From Chiloscyllium plagiosum (lineage: Eukaryota), in contig NC_057718.1 of assembly GCF_004010195.1 (NCBI RefSeq), forward strand, positions 57,646,660-57,688,973: a DNA stretch of 42,314 nt, written 5' to 3'. The notes beneath the pieces are model-generated. The model was not told the origin of the DNA. It did no database searches and worked only from the letters and a program-made list of their open reading frames with translations. The translations under genes and the position numbers were made by a program. Positions 11,100-23,139 of this stretch are shown here, one piece after another (within the stretch, counting starts at the first letter, position 1; each line of letters begins with the position of its first letter).

Positions 11100-13420
11100 A
11101 TCTTGATTCCTCCTTTACTTACTATTGGAAAGCTTGCCTTCCTATGCATCCTATGTATGCCCCTCATAATCTTGTGCATTTCTATCAGATCCTCTCTCAA
11201 CCTTTGCTGCTCCAAGTAAAACAACCCTAGCCGAGCCGATCTTTCCTCATAGCTCAGATCCTCCAGCCCAAGCAGCATCCTGGCAAATCTCTGCATCCTC
11301 TCCAGTGCAATCATATCCTTTCTATAATGCGATAACCAGAAGTGCAAGCAGTATTCCAGTTGTGGCCTAATTAGTATTTTATATGGTTCCAGCATAACCT
11401 CCCTACTCTTTTGTTCTACACCTCAGCCAATAAAGACAAGAATCCCATCAGTCCTCTTAACCACCTTATATATCTGCTGTGTTGCCTTCAGGGATCTGTG
11501 AAAATGCGTACACCGGTCCCTGATCTTCAGTATTTTACACCATTTTTGTGTAATCCCTGGCTGTAGCCCTTCCCCGAGTTCATTACCTCACACTTTCTTG
11601 GGTTGATTTCAACTTGCCATTCCTCTGCCCAGTCTGTTGATATCCTTCAAGAGATTACAGCTAGCCTTCTCTCTATTTACCATCCTACCTATTTTTCGTG
11701 TCATCTATGAAACTCTTCATCATACCCTCTACATTTAAGTCTAAGCCATGAATATACACCACAAACAGCAAGGGCTGCAGTGCTGTGACTACTCACAGAA
11801 ACATCCCTTCCTTCCTGCCTGTCAGTCAATTTGGATCCAATGTTACATCTTACATGTGCGACAAGCCTGGCATGAAGGACCTTACCAACTGCCTTGTTAA
11901 AGTCCACGTTGGCCACATCAAATATATTACCTTCATCATCATTCTTGGTTGCCATCTCAAAATATTCAATCAAATTTTTCAAACATGATCCTCACTTAAC
12001 AACTCCATGCTGGCTATCCATGATGATTAATCTGTCTCTCTCCAAGTGCTGACATATTCTGTACTTTAAGAATTATTTCTGAAAGCTTCCCCAGTACTAA
12101 GATTAGACTGACTGGCCTGTAATTTTCTGGTCTATCCCCTTCTCCCTTGTCTAATAATTGGGCAATGTTAGCAGTGATCGAGTCCTCTGACAACTCATCT
12201 ACAGCCTGAGATGATCTGAAAATTACTGCCAGGGCCCTTAATGTCTTCTCCCTTGCCTCCCTCAACAGTCTGGATTACATCTAATCTGGCTCTGCAGTTT
12301 TATCCACTTTTAAGACTACTAAACATGGTAAAATTCTCTCCCTCTCTGCTAAGTTATTCAAATATTTCATAGACCTCCACCCTAACATCTATACCTGCAT
12401 CTCCTTTTCCATTCTGAAGACTGATGCAAAGTATTCAGTCAGGACTGTGGCTGTGTCTTCCAAATTTACACAAAAATTAGCTCTATGGACTCTAATGAGT
12501 CCTACTCCTTCCCAATTTATTCATATCTTTTTACATATTTAGAAACGTTGCTTTGTAGTGCACTCTCTCTATTTTTCTAAATTTTCTTTTTTAAGTTTCC
12601 ACATACATTTTTTAAACTTTTATGGGGCCTGCGTTATTCTACCCTCAGTAACTCCCTTAAGCTTCTCTTATTTTCTTAATTCTAAACTTTATACCCCTTG
12701 CCATCCAAGGCACTCTAATCTTGGTCCCATTCTTGGTCTGTCTGGGAACATATTTGCCCTGTACTCTCCCTAATTTCTTTGAAAATCTCTTTCTTTTTGT
12801 TCTCTTACATCTTTCTAATTTGTTGGTGGCCTATAAAGAAAGCAATGTAATCGGAACTTTAGTGCTCCCTAGTTCTAGCCAAGTAATTTCTGTCTTTAAT
12901 CTCACTGGGATATCTGCTTTCCCCAGAGATACAACATTCTCTGGCATTCCTTCCCCATCGTTCCTGAGTACAAGGTATTTTTAATATATATCCACCATTT
13001 CTTGAACTAGATTTCCATTATCACTCAACACCATATTCCCACAAGATTATCTACACCTGCAATTCACCACACTATGCATTCAAGAACCTGAACAATATTA
13101 CTACTTTAGAAATTATTACATTCTCTTTATGCTGTAATCACTTAATACTTTACTGGTTGCTACTCCACTGTTTCTCCCAATATTCTATGCAGCTTGAGAC
13201 TCCTCTCTAATATTATTTCCTGATTCTCCTGCTATGGTCAAGTTAATTTAAATCCTCCTCAATAGCACTAGCAAAATGCACTAGGAAATTGGTCCTGGTT
13301 TAGCTTAGCTACAACCTGTTTGACATATATAGTTCTCATATCTCACATTTCTGGTCCCAATGTCCAACCATTTTCTTTGTAGAAACATATTTGTTCAGAT
13401 TTGTATCTACCTCCTACTCA
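11100..13420 (-). mobile_element. Long decayed CR1 LINE with internal deletions
   Basis: Minus ORFs: LIRPQLEYCLHFW...EQQRLREDLIE, NLIEYFE...VDFNKAVGKV, RPENYRPVSLILVLGKL; degenerate 5' part continues to ~13.4 kb. Confidence 0.8.
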
Positions 13421-14558
13421 AATGCTTTCCACTGGTTTGGCGCTGATTTACTTTCAGGTAACTGCTTCCACACATTTGTCAAAAGTACATCCAGCTTGGT
13501 AAAATTGCAGTTTCCCTGATTTAAAAGTCAAGTTCTTGACTTATCTTTGCTACTTTCTATAATACTCAATATAGTGGAATTATTAACTCTTGTCACTAAA
13601 GTGCATTCCTACTGATATACCTCACCTAACCAGTTTCATTTCTTAATATTGATTTTGCAATGCTACTTCTCTGTTGAACTGACTATGAACTGGTGACAAA
13701 TTGTTGGGAACTTTTGATTTCAGTGCATTGTTTTCTTTAGAGAGCTTTGATACATCTCATGGTCAGGAAAATTGCTATACAAATGCAAATATCTTTCTTA
13801 CTTTAAAGAAATGTAGGAATGAAAGCTCAACATTCCTGGTGTCTGGAATAGTGAGGGTATGTGTCTATTTTTATCTTTTTATTAATTTGAAAAAGTGGTA
13901 CTTTTAAAATCTAATAATGCAATTTCCACCTGAAAAGGGATGAGATTCCACACAATTATTTTCATTCTGGGTAAGAGAAGTTAATTAGCAATCATGAAGT
14001 CACTAAAAGGATATTTATGTTGTTGCACACCAACTTGACTTTCTGTTGCACTGTTAAGTGGACAACTTATATGCAACTACAGCAACTTCATGAGAGTTGT
14101 CCAGACGTTAGTTGCAAACTCTTATAAACATGGAACTAACAGCAGAGTGACTTACATTGTCAGAAATTGCTAGCCAATTTGCAATTCCTGTACATCTTAC
14201 TTTAAATTGCTGGCTAATTTATGCATTAATCATAAAATGCTCCATTCAGATTGTGCTATTATTTCAACAAAATCTGACCCATAATCATTGTTCTCAAGCA
14301 GAAATGACAATTTTCAAAAAGTATACTGAATATACTGCTCCAATTATTGCTCTATTCAGTGCATTTATTAAAATGGGTTACAATTGCTAGTTCTGAAATC
14401 TAATCGACATTTTATGTCAGAGAATGTTGAAACCATTCTGAAGTTGTTACTATCAAAATAAACATAGAACATCCTGAAGAAAATACATGGTAAATTATGA
14501 CAATTAAATAAGTGTAGACAGAAAAATATCTACCCTATTTCCAAGTTCATGGTCTCAC

Positions 14559-14607
14559 CTCTGCACTGCTGTCTTTCAGGATCCCATTGATAACCATCTG
14601 TACACTG
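14559..14607 (-). CDS. EFEMP1: Fibulin-3-like, second coding exon (QCTDGYQWDPERQQCR)
   Basis: 49-nt exon; acceptor ttcttacag|CAG, donor AGAG|gtgaga; phase 0 to 1. Nearly identical to fibulin-3 QCTDGYEWDPVRQQCK. Confidence 0.92.
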
Positions 14608-14932
14608 CTGTAAGAACATAAGGACAAGGAGGGATTTCAAAGTGCAGCATAGTTTCTTTATTAAGAGGAAAATAATATTGCGCAACAGAGTAGAAAAACA
14701 TAAGTGACTGCCACCATCTAATTCAGTAAGAAGCAACTGCTATCATTAAAAATGATGTTGTTTCTTCAATTACAAGCAACTAAGTAAATATCATTGCAGA
14801 TTAACACATTAAAACAACAGTATTTAGGGTTGAATTTATTATTGTTAATAATGAATGCTCATAAACCAAATTATAATGGAATCTTATGTAGTGCTGAATT
14901 ATCAGCCTGCTCAGTTCTTGGTGGCATCTTAC

Positions 14933-15013
14933 CGTATAGGTGATGGTTTCATCGATCTCCTGTGACCTTATGGTATGGAAAATAAATGCAACCAGCAGAC
15001 ACCATTGCAACAT
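14933..15013 (-). CDS. EFEMP1: Fibulin-3-like, first coding exon (signal peptide and N-terminus: MLQWCLLVAFIFHTIRSQEIDETITYT)
   Basis: ATG at 15013; 81 nt = 27 codons; acceptor ttgtccag 7 nt upstream of the ATG (exon starts 15020); donor ACG|gtaaga, phase 0. SQEIDETITYT resembles SQDTEETITYT of mammalian fibulin-3. Confidence 0.9.
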
Positions 15014-15579
15014 CTTGTATCTGGACAATAATAATATGCAATCTCTATTATTGTTAATAAAAGCAAGTTCTAATGTGCTTTTCAATTCATTTACATTTAT
15101 CATTCAACAACTGAACATAAAGAGCTGTTTTGCACTGGTGTACTGGAATGAGTTCAAGTTTAAAGTAAAACATTTTTACAAGTCTTGACAGGCAACAGTG
15201 CATTATGAGGAGAAATAAAGTATTTATGCAATTATAGATTCTTCTACACATGTTTTCAATTAAATCTATTAATTTACATTTCATTGACTCTGAAAATACT
15301 TAATGACTTGATGGCTACTTCACCTAAAAGGAAATTCTCTCCATCTCTAAACATTTAAATTCCCACCTATCTTTGTTATCTTATTCACTTAATCCTATAT
15401 GTATAAAAAGCCATTGCAACAGTTCAAGTACGTCATAAATGAGAGGCTAGTAAATATCCTACAATGAACATGAATAAAGCAGTTTTAAATGATGAGGTAC
15501 AAAATTGTAACTCAGAATTCAATATTTGTTTATCTCTTTCTTTATAGAAGCGGCATGTACATAAATAAAATGACGTTAC

Positions 15580-15740
15580 CTTTAAAGAAAATAGGTCTTC
15601 ACAAATCTCCTGGTCAACTTTGACTTTTTTTATATCACTTGCTGGAAGAGCAGTGTTGAGTGTGTGAGTTGTAGTAATTGTGAAGAAATTGTGAGGAGGT
15701 TCAGCGGCAGTTATGTTGCTCCCTCTACAGGCTCACAGGC
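15580..15740 (-). other. Putative non-coding 5'UTR exon of the fibulin gene
   Basis: Donor-like AAAG|gtaacg at 15580/15579; non-repetitive sequence; TATTAA at 15763-15758 just upstream. The first coding exon begins with an acceptor, so an upstream exon must exist. The 5' boundary is a guess. Confidence 0.45.
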
Positions 15741-16490
15741 TAATCACCAGCCCCGACTTAATAGAGGAAGAGCAAAAAACAAACAACTTCAAGACCAGTG
15801 CAGAGGGGTGTCACCACAACTGCAGCACTGCCAGGTTGTATAGTCGCTCTGCAGTCCTACAGGCGGGACTCAGTCATGCGACAGCCAAGTAAGATTGTAT
15901 CTAACAGTTACACACTAGCGGGTTGTTCAGGAAAGGAGCAGCTGATTGCGAAGTAAAATACTCCTCCAGATCTGAAGATTTCATCATGCACAGTTACTTT
16001 GAAACATAAACAGCAAAAAATTGCAATGTGTGGGTTTTTTAAAAAAAAAAATTGATTCAAACTAGAATACATGAAAAGATAAACTCTCAAGGCAGTTTAC
16101 TGAGCATACAACATGCGCCTTATAATTACTTCCTAGAATAATACAATGATGCTACAGTGACTGGACAAGTTTTCAAGACGTTGTAAGAGCCCAGGCAAGC
16201 ATGCAGCTCTGCTAACAGCCTCAGTTTGCGCTGTTCATAGACTTCGGGAGCCAAAAACAACACGGAATATGAGCACAGCGTGTGGGCATTTACTCCGGGA
16301 AAGTTTTGCTCACGTGTCTTAGACAAGCAATGAATTTTTTAAAAAACAAACAGATAAATAAACATACGGTGACCGCACGTACCGCCAAACACATGCATCC
16401 GGACCCCTCAAAGGTCCCTTCCTACGAATAGTCAGTTTAAACTTCCAATGGGCAATTCACCGGGAATATGTCTCCAACTCTCGCTGGAAT
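15741..16490 (-). promoter_or_regulatory. Probable promoter region of the fibulin gene
   Basis: TATTAA (15758-15763, minus), GGGGTG box ~15805, AGGCGGG ~15861; visibly more CpG than the flanks; repeat-free until the CR1 fragment at ~16560. Confidence 0.45.
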
Positions 16491-16589
16491 TGGAGACTTG
16501 GGGAAACAAAAGTTATGTCTCACCCCTGGGTAACTGTGCAACTGACTGAAATAATTTAAAAAAAATGTTGAAGGACAGGATAAGGTGTA

Positions 16590-17260
16590 TAGCCAAAATT
16601 AGTATTCTTTCTATCAGTGCACCGAGTGGAAGGAACACATTAAATGAGCTGCACGGACAGATTCAAATTGGAAACTGTGATATGGGAACCATTACAGAGA
16701 CATGGCTGCGGATGTTCAGGACTGGGAACGAAAGGTACCATGTTATAAGGTTAATAGCAGGGATAGACAAAAGCAACAGAGAAGTGGAGTAGCATTACTG
16801 ATAAAAAAAATCAGAATCACTTCGAAGGTGAGGGAGGATACAATGTAAAGAAAGCACCCAGTGGAGACCTTATGGGCGGAATTGAGGAACCACAAAGAAT
16901 CTAAAACCACGATAGGTGTCATATATAGACCAGATTCTGGATTAGTGGTACTGGAAAAGCACAGCAGTTCAGGCAGCATCCGAGGAGCAGTAAAATCGAC
17001 GTTTCGGGCAAAAGCCCTTCATCAGGAATACAGGCAGAGTGCCTGAAGGGTGGAGAGATGGTAGCAGCTCAGAAATGCTATGTTGTATAAGACAATGATG
17101 GGGTAAAGGTAGAGTAGTATGGATTAAGAGTTAATCTTAACACATACAAATACTGCCAGAAACATTTATTTCTAGAATGTGTCTGGGATAGTTTCCTAGG
17201 GCAATATGTTTTGGATGCAACAAGCACTATTGGATCTAGTAGCCTGATTTAATTAGTGAC
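16590..17260 (+). mobile_element. CR1 AP-endonuclease fragment
   Basis: DMGTITETWL and ETLWAELRNHKESKTTIGVIYRP motifs; interrupted by a Penelope piece. Confidence 0.75.
16932..17058 (-). mobile_element. Penelope terminal fragment with hammerhead-like motif
   Basis: Minus strand CTGATGAAGGGCTTTTGCCCGAAACGTCGA, followed by GATGCTGCCTGAACTGCTGTGCTTTTCCAG as in other copies. Confidence 0.8.
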
Positions 17261-17269
17261 TGTTGTTTG

Positions 17270-17650
17270 CCAGCATTTGGAAGGTTAAGGAGTGATCTAC
17301 TCGAGGTTTTCAGGGTATAAACGGGGAAAGACAGATTAGATAATGATAAACTAAATCCACTGGATGAAGATTCTAGAATTAAGTCTCAAAATTAGAGTCA
17401 GGCCATTCAGGAGAGATGTTAGCAAGCACTTCTACCCGTAAAGGATTTATGAAGGTTTGACACTCACTTCCTAAGAGAGTGGTGGATGCTAATTTAGTTG
17501 TGAAATTTAAATCTGGGATAGACTTTTTTTATTTAAGCAAGGGTATCAAGGGATATAGGCCCAAGACAGGAGTTATGTCACAGTTCATCCATGACATTAT
17601 TTATGGCAGAGCAGGCTCGAAGGGCTGAATGGTTTTCTGTTCCTATGTTT
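17270..17650 (+). mobile_element. CR1 3' end
   Basis: RRLRSDLLEVF motif and tail ending GAAGGGCTGAATGG...CTGTTCCTATGT. Confidence 0.75.
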
Positions 17651-17671
17651 CCCCTTTCCAACATGCAGTCA

Positions 17672-18325
17672 TACATAGAGTCATAGCCATAGAGATGTAC
17701 AGAACGGAAACAGATCCTTCGGTCTAACTCATCCATGCCGACCAGATATCCCAACCTAATCTAGTCCCATTTGCCAGCTCTCGGCCCATGTCCCCCTAAA
17801 CCCTTCCTATTCATATACCCATCCAGATGCTTTTTAATTGCTGTAATTGTACCGGCTTCTATCACTTCCATTGGGTAGTTCATTCCATACACATATGGCC
17901 CTCTGCGTGAAAAGGTTGCCCCTCGTGATTTTATAAACCTCTATAAGATCATCCCTCAGCCTCGATGCTCCAGGGAAAACAGCTTTAGCCTATTCAGCCT
18001 CTCCCCATAGCTCAAATCCACCAATTCTGGCAACATCCTTGTAAATCTTTTCTGAACCCTTTCAAGTTTCACAACATCCAAGGAGACCAGAATTACACGC
18101 AATATTCCAAAAGTGGCCCAACCAAAGTCCTGTACAGCTCCAACACGACTTCCCAACTCGTATGCTCAATGCTCTGACCAATAAGGAAAGCATACCAAAT
18201 GCCGCCTTCACTATCCTATCTACCTGCGACTACTTTCAAGGAGCTATGAACTTACACTCCAAGATGTCTTTGTTCCCCAAACTCCCTAGAACCTTACCAT
18301 TAAGTGTATAAGTCCTGCTCTGATT
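17672..18325 (-). mobile_element. HER1-type CR1 LINE 3' fragment
   Basis: DVVKLERVQKRFTRMLPEL on minus; CATAGAGT tail repeats; overlaps in sequence with 38850-38990 and 41228-41865. Confidence 0.9.
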
Positions 18326-18787
18326 CCACGCCATCAGTCGGTGAAACTTTCTATGTATCATTTGTCTCATGGGTTTGGCAATCTCTGAATGTCACTGTTC
18401 TTTTACTGAAAGAAAGCCCCTCATTATTTTCAATGGTTTGATGTTTATGAGTGACAAAGGACTCTTGTTTTTGGAATCAAACATAAGGATAATAAACGAA
18501 TCTTGCTTTTATCAAAATATGACAATATTTAGTTTATTAGATCAAGTCAGAAGGCTTGGTCTTGGAAGAAGAGGTGTTGAAAGTCAATGTTTGAACATAT
18601 TATAAAGAAAAAAAGAAAATGTATGACTGAGAATGCATGGTGGAAACTAATGACCTGGAAGAGCATAGGTAATGCAAAGTCTAATAACCTGCAAAAAACA
18701 TTGCATTCCCAGCACTGAATTTTAACACAGCAATTGTTATTTACCTAAAATATATTAGTTTTGCTATAATTTCACATTAAGTTATAG

Positions 18788-18805
18788 ACCTCCATCTAGT
18801 GGCAA
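18788..18805 (-). promoter_or_regulatory. Candidate CTCF site
   Basis: Minus strand TTGCCACTAGATGGAGG fits the CCASYAGRKGG core, in unique sequence about 3 kb upstream of the promoter. Confidence 0.4.
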
Positions 18806-19267
18806 CAATGAGACAAATGATACATAGAAAGTTTTCTTGCATTACCATAGCTCATAGTTCTAATGTCAAATGGAAGTGCCAGTGATAATTCTGTCTCGTA
18901 CATTTAATGAGTGTCAGAAAGATAGTGAAGTAAAATTAAATTTTGTGCATTAAAAAAGTTGAATCTGAAAGATAAAAGACAATTTTAGCGACCAATAGGT
19001 GACAAAAAAAATATTATGACCAAATGAGAAGAATTAACTGGTTTTCTGCTATTCACCTCCTTGGTTGGGCACTGTAAAAAAATGAGTTCTTTTTGCATGA
19101 GGCTATACTTCTTTCCTCAATTAAAAACATTGTTTGCACTGTGTTTCACCATGAGCAATAAGGAGCCAATTAACAATGTTTGCTTGAGCAATTGAAAAAA
19201 AATCACTATCAGAACAAAGGAATATAGATGTGCAATGTCAAGAGGCCTAGGTTCAGTTATGTCAGTG

Positions 19268-19463
19268 TTTAGATTAGATTACATGACATTACATTGTGGA
19301 AACAGGCCCTTCGGCCCAACAAGTTCACACCGACCTGCCGAAGCGCAACCCACCCATACCCCTACATTTACCCCTTACCTAACACTACGGGCAATTTAGC
19401 ATGGCCAATTCACCTGACCTGCACATCTTTGGACTGTGGGAGGAAACCCACACAGACACGGGG
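19268..19463 (-). mobile_element. HE1-type V-SINE, 5'-truncated
   Basis: Reverse complement of the body and tail of 33609-33947 (GGAAACAGGCCCTTCGGCCCAACAAG; GGCCAATTCACCT). Confidence 0.85.
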
Positions 19464-19581
19464 ATGAGATTTTAAAGATTGATTGTCTACCTTTGTCACC
19501 ATGGCGAATCTTTGTGGTTAGAAGGTATGACATTTACAGTTTTAAGCAATAATATTGAACATGTGAAATATGTAAGTGAAT

Positions 19582-20641
19582 GGCAAGTTTTGAGAAGATT
19601 TGTAGTTCAGGTTGAGGTTCTGGATGTAAGTTTGCTTGCTGAGCTGGAAGGTTCATTTTCAGATGTTTAGTCAACATACTAGGTAACATCTTCAGTGAGC
19701 CGCCAGTGAAACACTGGTGTTAGTGACCTGTTTTCTATTTATGTGTTTAGGTTTCCTTGGGTTGGTGATATCATTTCCTGTGGTGATGTCATTTGATGTA
19801 GTGATGCCATTTCCTGTTGTTCTCTTAGAGCACGGTAAATGGGGTCCAAGTTGATGTGTTTGTTGATAGAGTTCCAGTTGGAATGCCATGCTCCTTAGAA
19901 TTCTGGTGTGTGTCTCTGTTTGGCTTGTCCTAGCGTGGAAGTGTTGTCCTTCCTCATCTATATGTAAGGATACTAGTGAGAGTGGCTCATGTATTTCAAA
20001 ACGTGTCCAGAAACCCTAGCCACTCTCGCCTACATCAAAGACATCTCAGAAATGACTGCCAGACTACTCAGACCTCTTGGCATCATGGTAACCCACAAAC
20101 ACACCAACACACTAAAACAGTAGCTAATGAACTTAAAAGACCCCATACCATCAACAATCAAAACTAATGTCATTTACAAAATACTTTGCAAGAACTGTAA
20201 CAAATCCTACATTGGACAAGCAGACAGAAAACTTAGCCACCAGGATACATGAACATCAACTAGCCACAAAATGACATGACCCACTCTCACTTTATCCTTA
20301 CATACAGATGGGGAAGGACACCACTTCGACTGGGATAACACATCCATCCTAGGACAAGCCTAACAAAGACACACACGGGAATTCCTGGAAGCATGGCATT
20401 CCAACTGGAACTCTTTCACAAACACCAACTGGGCCCCATTTACCACCCTCTGACAAAAGAACAGGAAATGACATCGTCACAGCAAATGACATCACCAACC
20501 CAAGGAAACCTAAACAAATAAATGGAAAGCGGGTCACTAACACCAGTGTTTCACCGGAGGCTCATTGATGACATTACCTAGTATGGTGACAAAACATCTG
20601 AAAACGAATCTTCCAGCTCAGCGAGCAAACTAACATCCACA
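19582..20641 (+). mobile_element. Penelope-like element (Poseidon-like), 5'-truncated with inverted terminal copy
   Basis: GIY-YIG TNVIYKILCKNCNKSYIGQADRKL (20163-20234); inverted arms 19621-19992 / 20274-20639; flanks TAAGTGAAT / TAAGTGCAT. Confidence 0.9.
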
Positions 20642-21326
20642 TAAGTGCATATCTGAATAAAGTATGTAGAAGGTAACTTCTATAATATGGTTCATAATTT
20701 ATTATGTTTTGGGGAGGTGAGTTGTAAAGTGGAGAAATGATGAATAGCTTTTATAAATCTATATTCTTTGTGTGTGTTTAGAAGAGAGGGGCATAGTTTT
20801 AGTTTAATTCTTGAGTAAGTGATTGCCTGAAAGTTTGATGATACAAACATTTTTACAGAGGGTTTATGATCTTGGAATGGAACCTGAGGTGAATGGTTCA
20901 GTGCATTAGAAACAAGGCTATGGGAAAAATCCTGCTGTTGCTGAATCCTGCTGTATCACAGAAAGACAGAAGGGCAGGCAGTGTTGCAGGTTCAGTTGAA
21001 AAAAAACAAATAGTATAATTCAACTGTCTCCAATGAAGTCAAGTCTGGGGAAACAATCCTCAGTGGCTTAGAACAAAACTCCAGAAGCAGAAAGCTGCTG
21101 GAAGCTAGACGTATACAAATCTCATGCGTTTTCTCTGAGTGTGCTTTAAAGTCAATAAGTCCAGTAACCAATTACAGTCATGTCAACCGAACAAGAAATT
21201 TCACAGTGGAAGCAGGGTGATCCTTCACTAGGATTTGAATGCCTGTAAGCTTGCCACTGAGAGTTATGTGTTGAATCTTTATTTCTGATATTTGTCGTAA
21301 GATTGTTTCAAACAGCTGTTTCAAAG

Positions 21327-21411
21327 CTAGTGCTTCCAAATAAACCTGTTAGACTATAACCTGGTGTTGTGTGATTTTTAACTTTATCCAACACCGGCAC
21401 TTCCAAATCAT
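21327..21411 (+). mobile_element. Short repeat terminus, probably Penelope-derived
   Basis: GCTAGTGCTTCCAAATAAACCTGTT...ACCTGGTGTTGTGTGATTTTTAACTTT, recalled as a common shark repeat end; flanked by TCAAACAGCT / TCAAATAGTT. Confidence 0.5.
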
Positions 21412-22027
21412 CAAATAGTTATGGTAAAGTGTAACATAGTTTATATGTTTTTTTATTTTTGTGGATAATAATTTTGTTGTTCTTTTGTTAAGTTACATTG
21501 ACAGCCTCTTATGAATATGGTAAACAAGTAGCAGGAATAAAACTATGTTGTGTCAAACTGATTGTCCACTTTACCAACAGCTGGCACTTTAACATTAGAG
21601 ATTATTGAAAATGATTGAATAAAAGAATAAAAAGAGAAATACAGAATCAAATGTATAAATGTTAAACTGACAAAGGAGGTAGCATTGTTAATTTAATGGA
21701 TCCAATGCCAATTTGGAATTGAGAATCCATTCTGAGCCTAATAAAAGTCCAAATATGTTAAGGCTTTAAGGAGGAAGACCGTTTCTCAAATATTCCCCCA
21801 GCATTCTGAAGTTGTGGAATTACTTGATAAAGTAGGATGGCAAGATCTCTGGGCCAGAAGGTTCCTATTTGTGTGAATATTAATTAATGCAGACTATCCT
21901 CACAGCAGAATTACCAAAAACATATTTTGTTTTGCTTTGAGGGAATGCAAAAATATTTGATGAATGTACATTTTTGCAGGTATCAAGATTGACCAGTAGT
22001 GTTTGGGCAAATGCTGTTTGCTTTTAC

Positions 22028-22100
22028 AAATGTAGAAAATAGATGCAGGAGTAGGCCATTTGGCCCTTTGCACAACCATTCAATATGATCATGGCCGATG
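22028..22100 (-). mobile_element. CR1 extreme 3' tail fragment
   Basis: Matches 1490-1558 (GCAGGAGTAGGCCATT...ACCATTCAATATGATCATGGC). Confidence 0.8.
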
Positions 22101-23139
22101 TTTCTGTATAGAAGGCATCTCACTTTGACACTCAACTTCCCACGAATAGTGTTACTGCTACAGTAAGATACACTCAGAGTTCACAATGAACAGCTGAATG
22201 CACATGAGCTATCCCTCATTGTGAACATATGCAGCAAAAGCAAAGATTTTCAATTTAGCTGTTCTTATAAAGCCATGACAGTGTGGAATTCCCTTTCTCA
22301 GTCTATTGTGATTCCTGCATGTGACTGATCTCTTTCAAAGCATGAATAGTCATTCATTGAATGATTTATTACAATAGTATGTTGATGCTTAAAGTTCACC
22401 CAGTTAACATACTCTTAACACCATGCTTCCATTAGATCCCTGAAATTTTCCTTAGGCCCTATTCCATAATGCAGCAACCAAATATAATTGTGAACTCTCA
22501 TATGCAACAGTAGAAAATAGTTAAGTATTTATGAAAAAAAATTCTGAAATGTTGGGAAAATACACTGCATATCATGTCAAAATTCAAATTTCTTAGGAGG
22601 AGGGAATGTTTGGATCTTGTATTGCTTGATCAAACTGATCTGTAGATTACACATCCTTAAAATTGCCATTATACCATTGAGATTAAATAAAACATCATGA
22701 GAGTACCTAAGATATATCAGCTTAAAATATATCAAGAAAGTAAGACCAGAGAACATGAGGAACAAGTCTTGAAATGTAATTTAAAATTGATATCAAATGA
22801 GATGTTCCTGAGAGAGTAAAAATATTTGCCATACAGAAGGTAATCCAGGGGAAAACATTGGCTTTATTCAAGCACAAGTCACTGCCTCAATGAAGATGTA
22901 ACATATTACAAGAATGAACTTTGATAGACAACATTTTTTTCACATCCTGAAATTTTCTTATTTTTATGATGTCACCGAATATATGAGCAGAAATTACAAT
23001 GACATTAAAATATACTAACACCTGTCTCAAATTAACACTTGCTGGAAATTGATGCAAGCATTATTGCCAGTTGGAAACTTTCCTTTTAGGTTATTCAAAA
23101 TACAGTTCATGTTGAGAGGAATGTGCATTAGAAGTATGA

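Noticed and set aside
20650..21594. Solo LTR ending ...TTAACA
   Set aside because: It looks LTR-like, but I could not fix a 5' TG boundary or a TSD.
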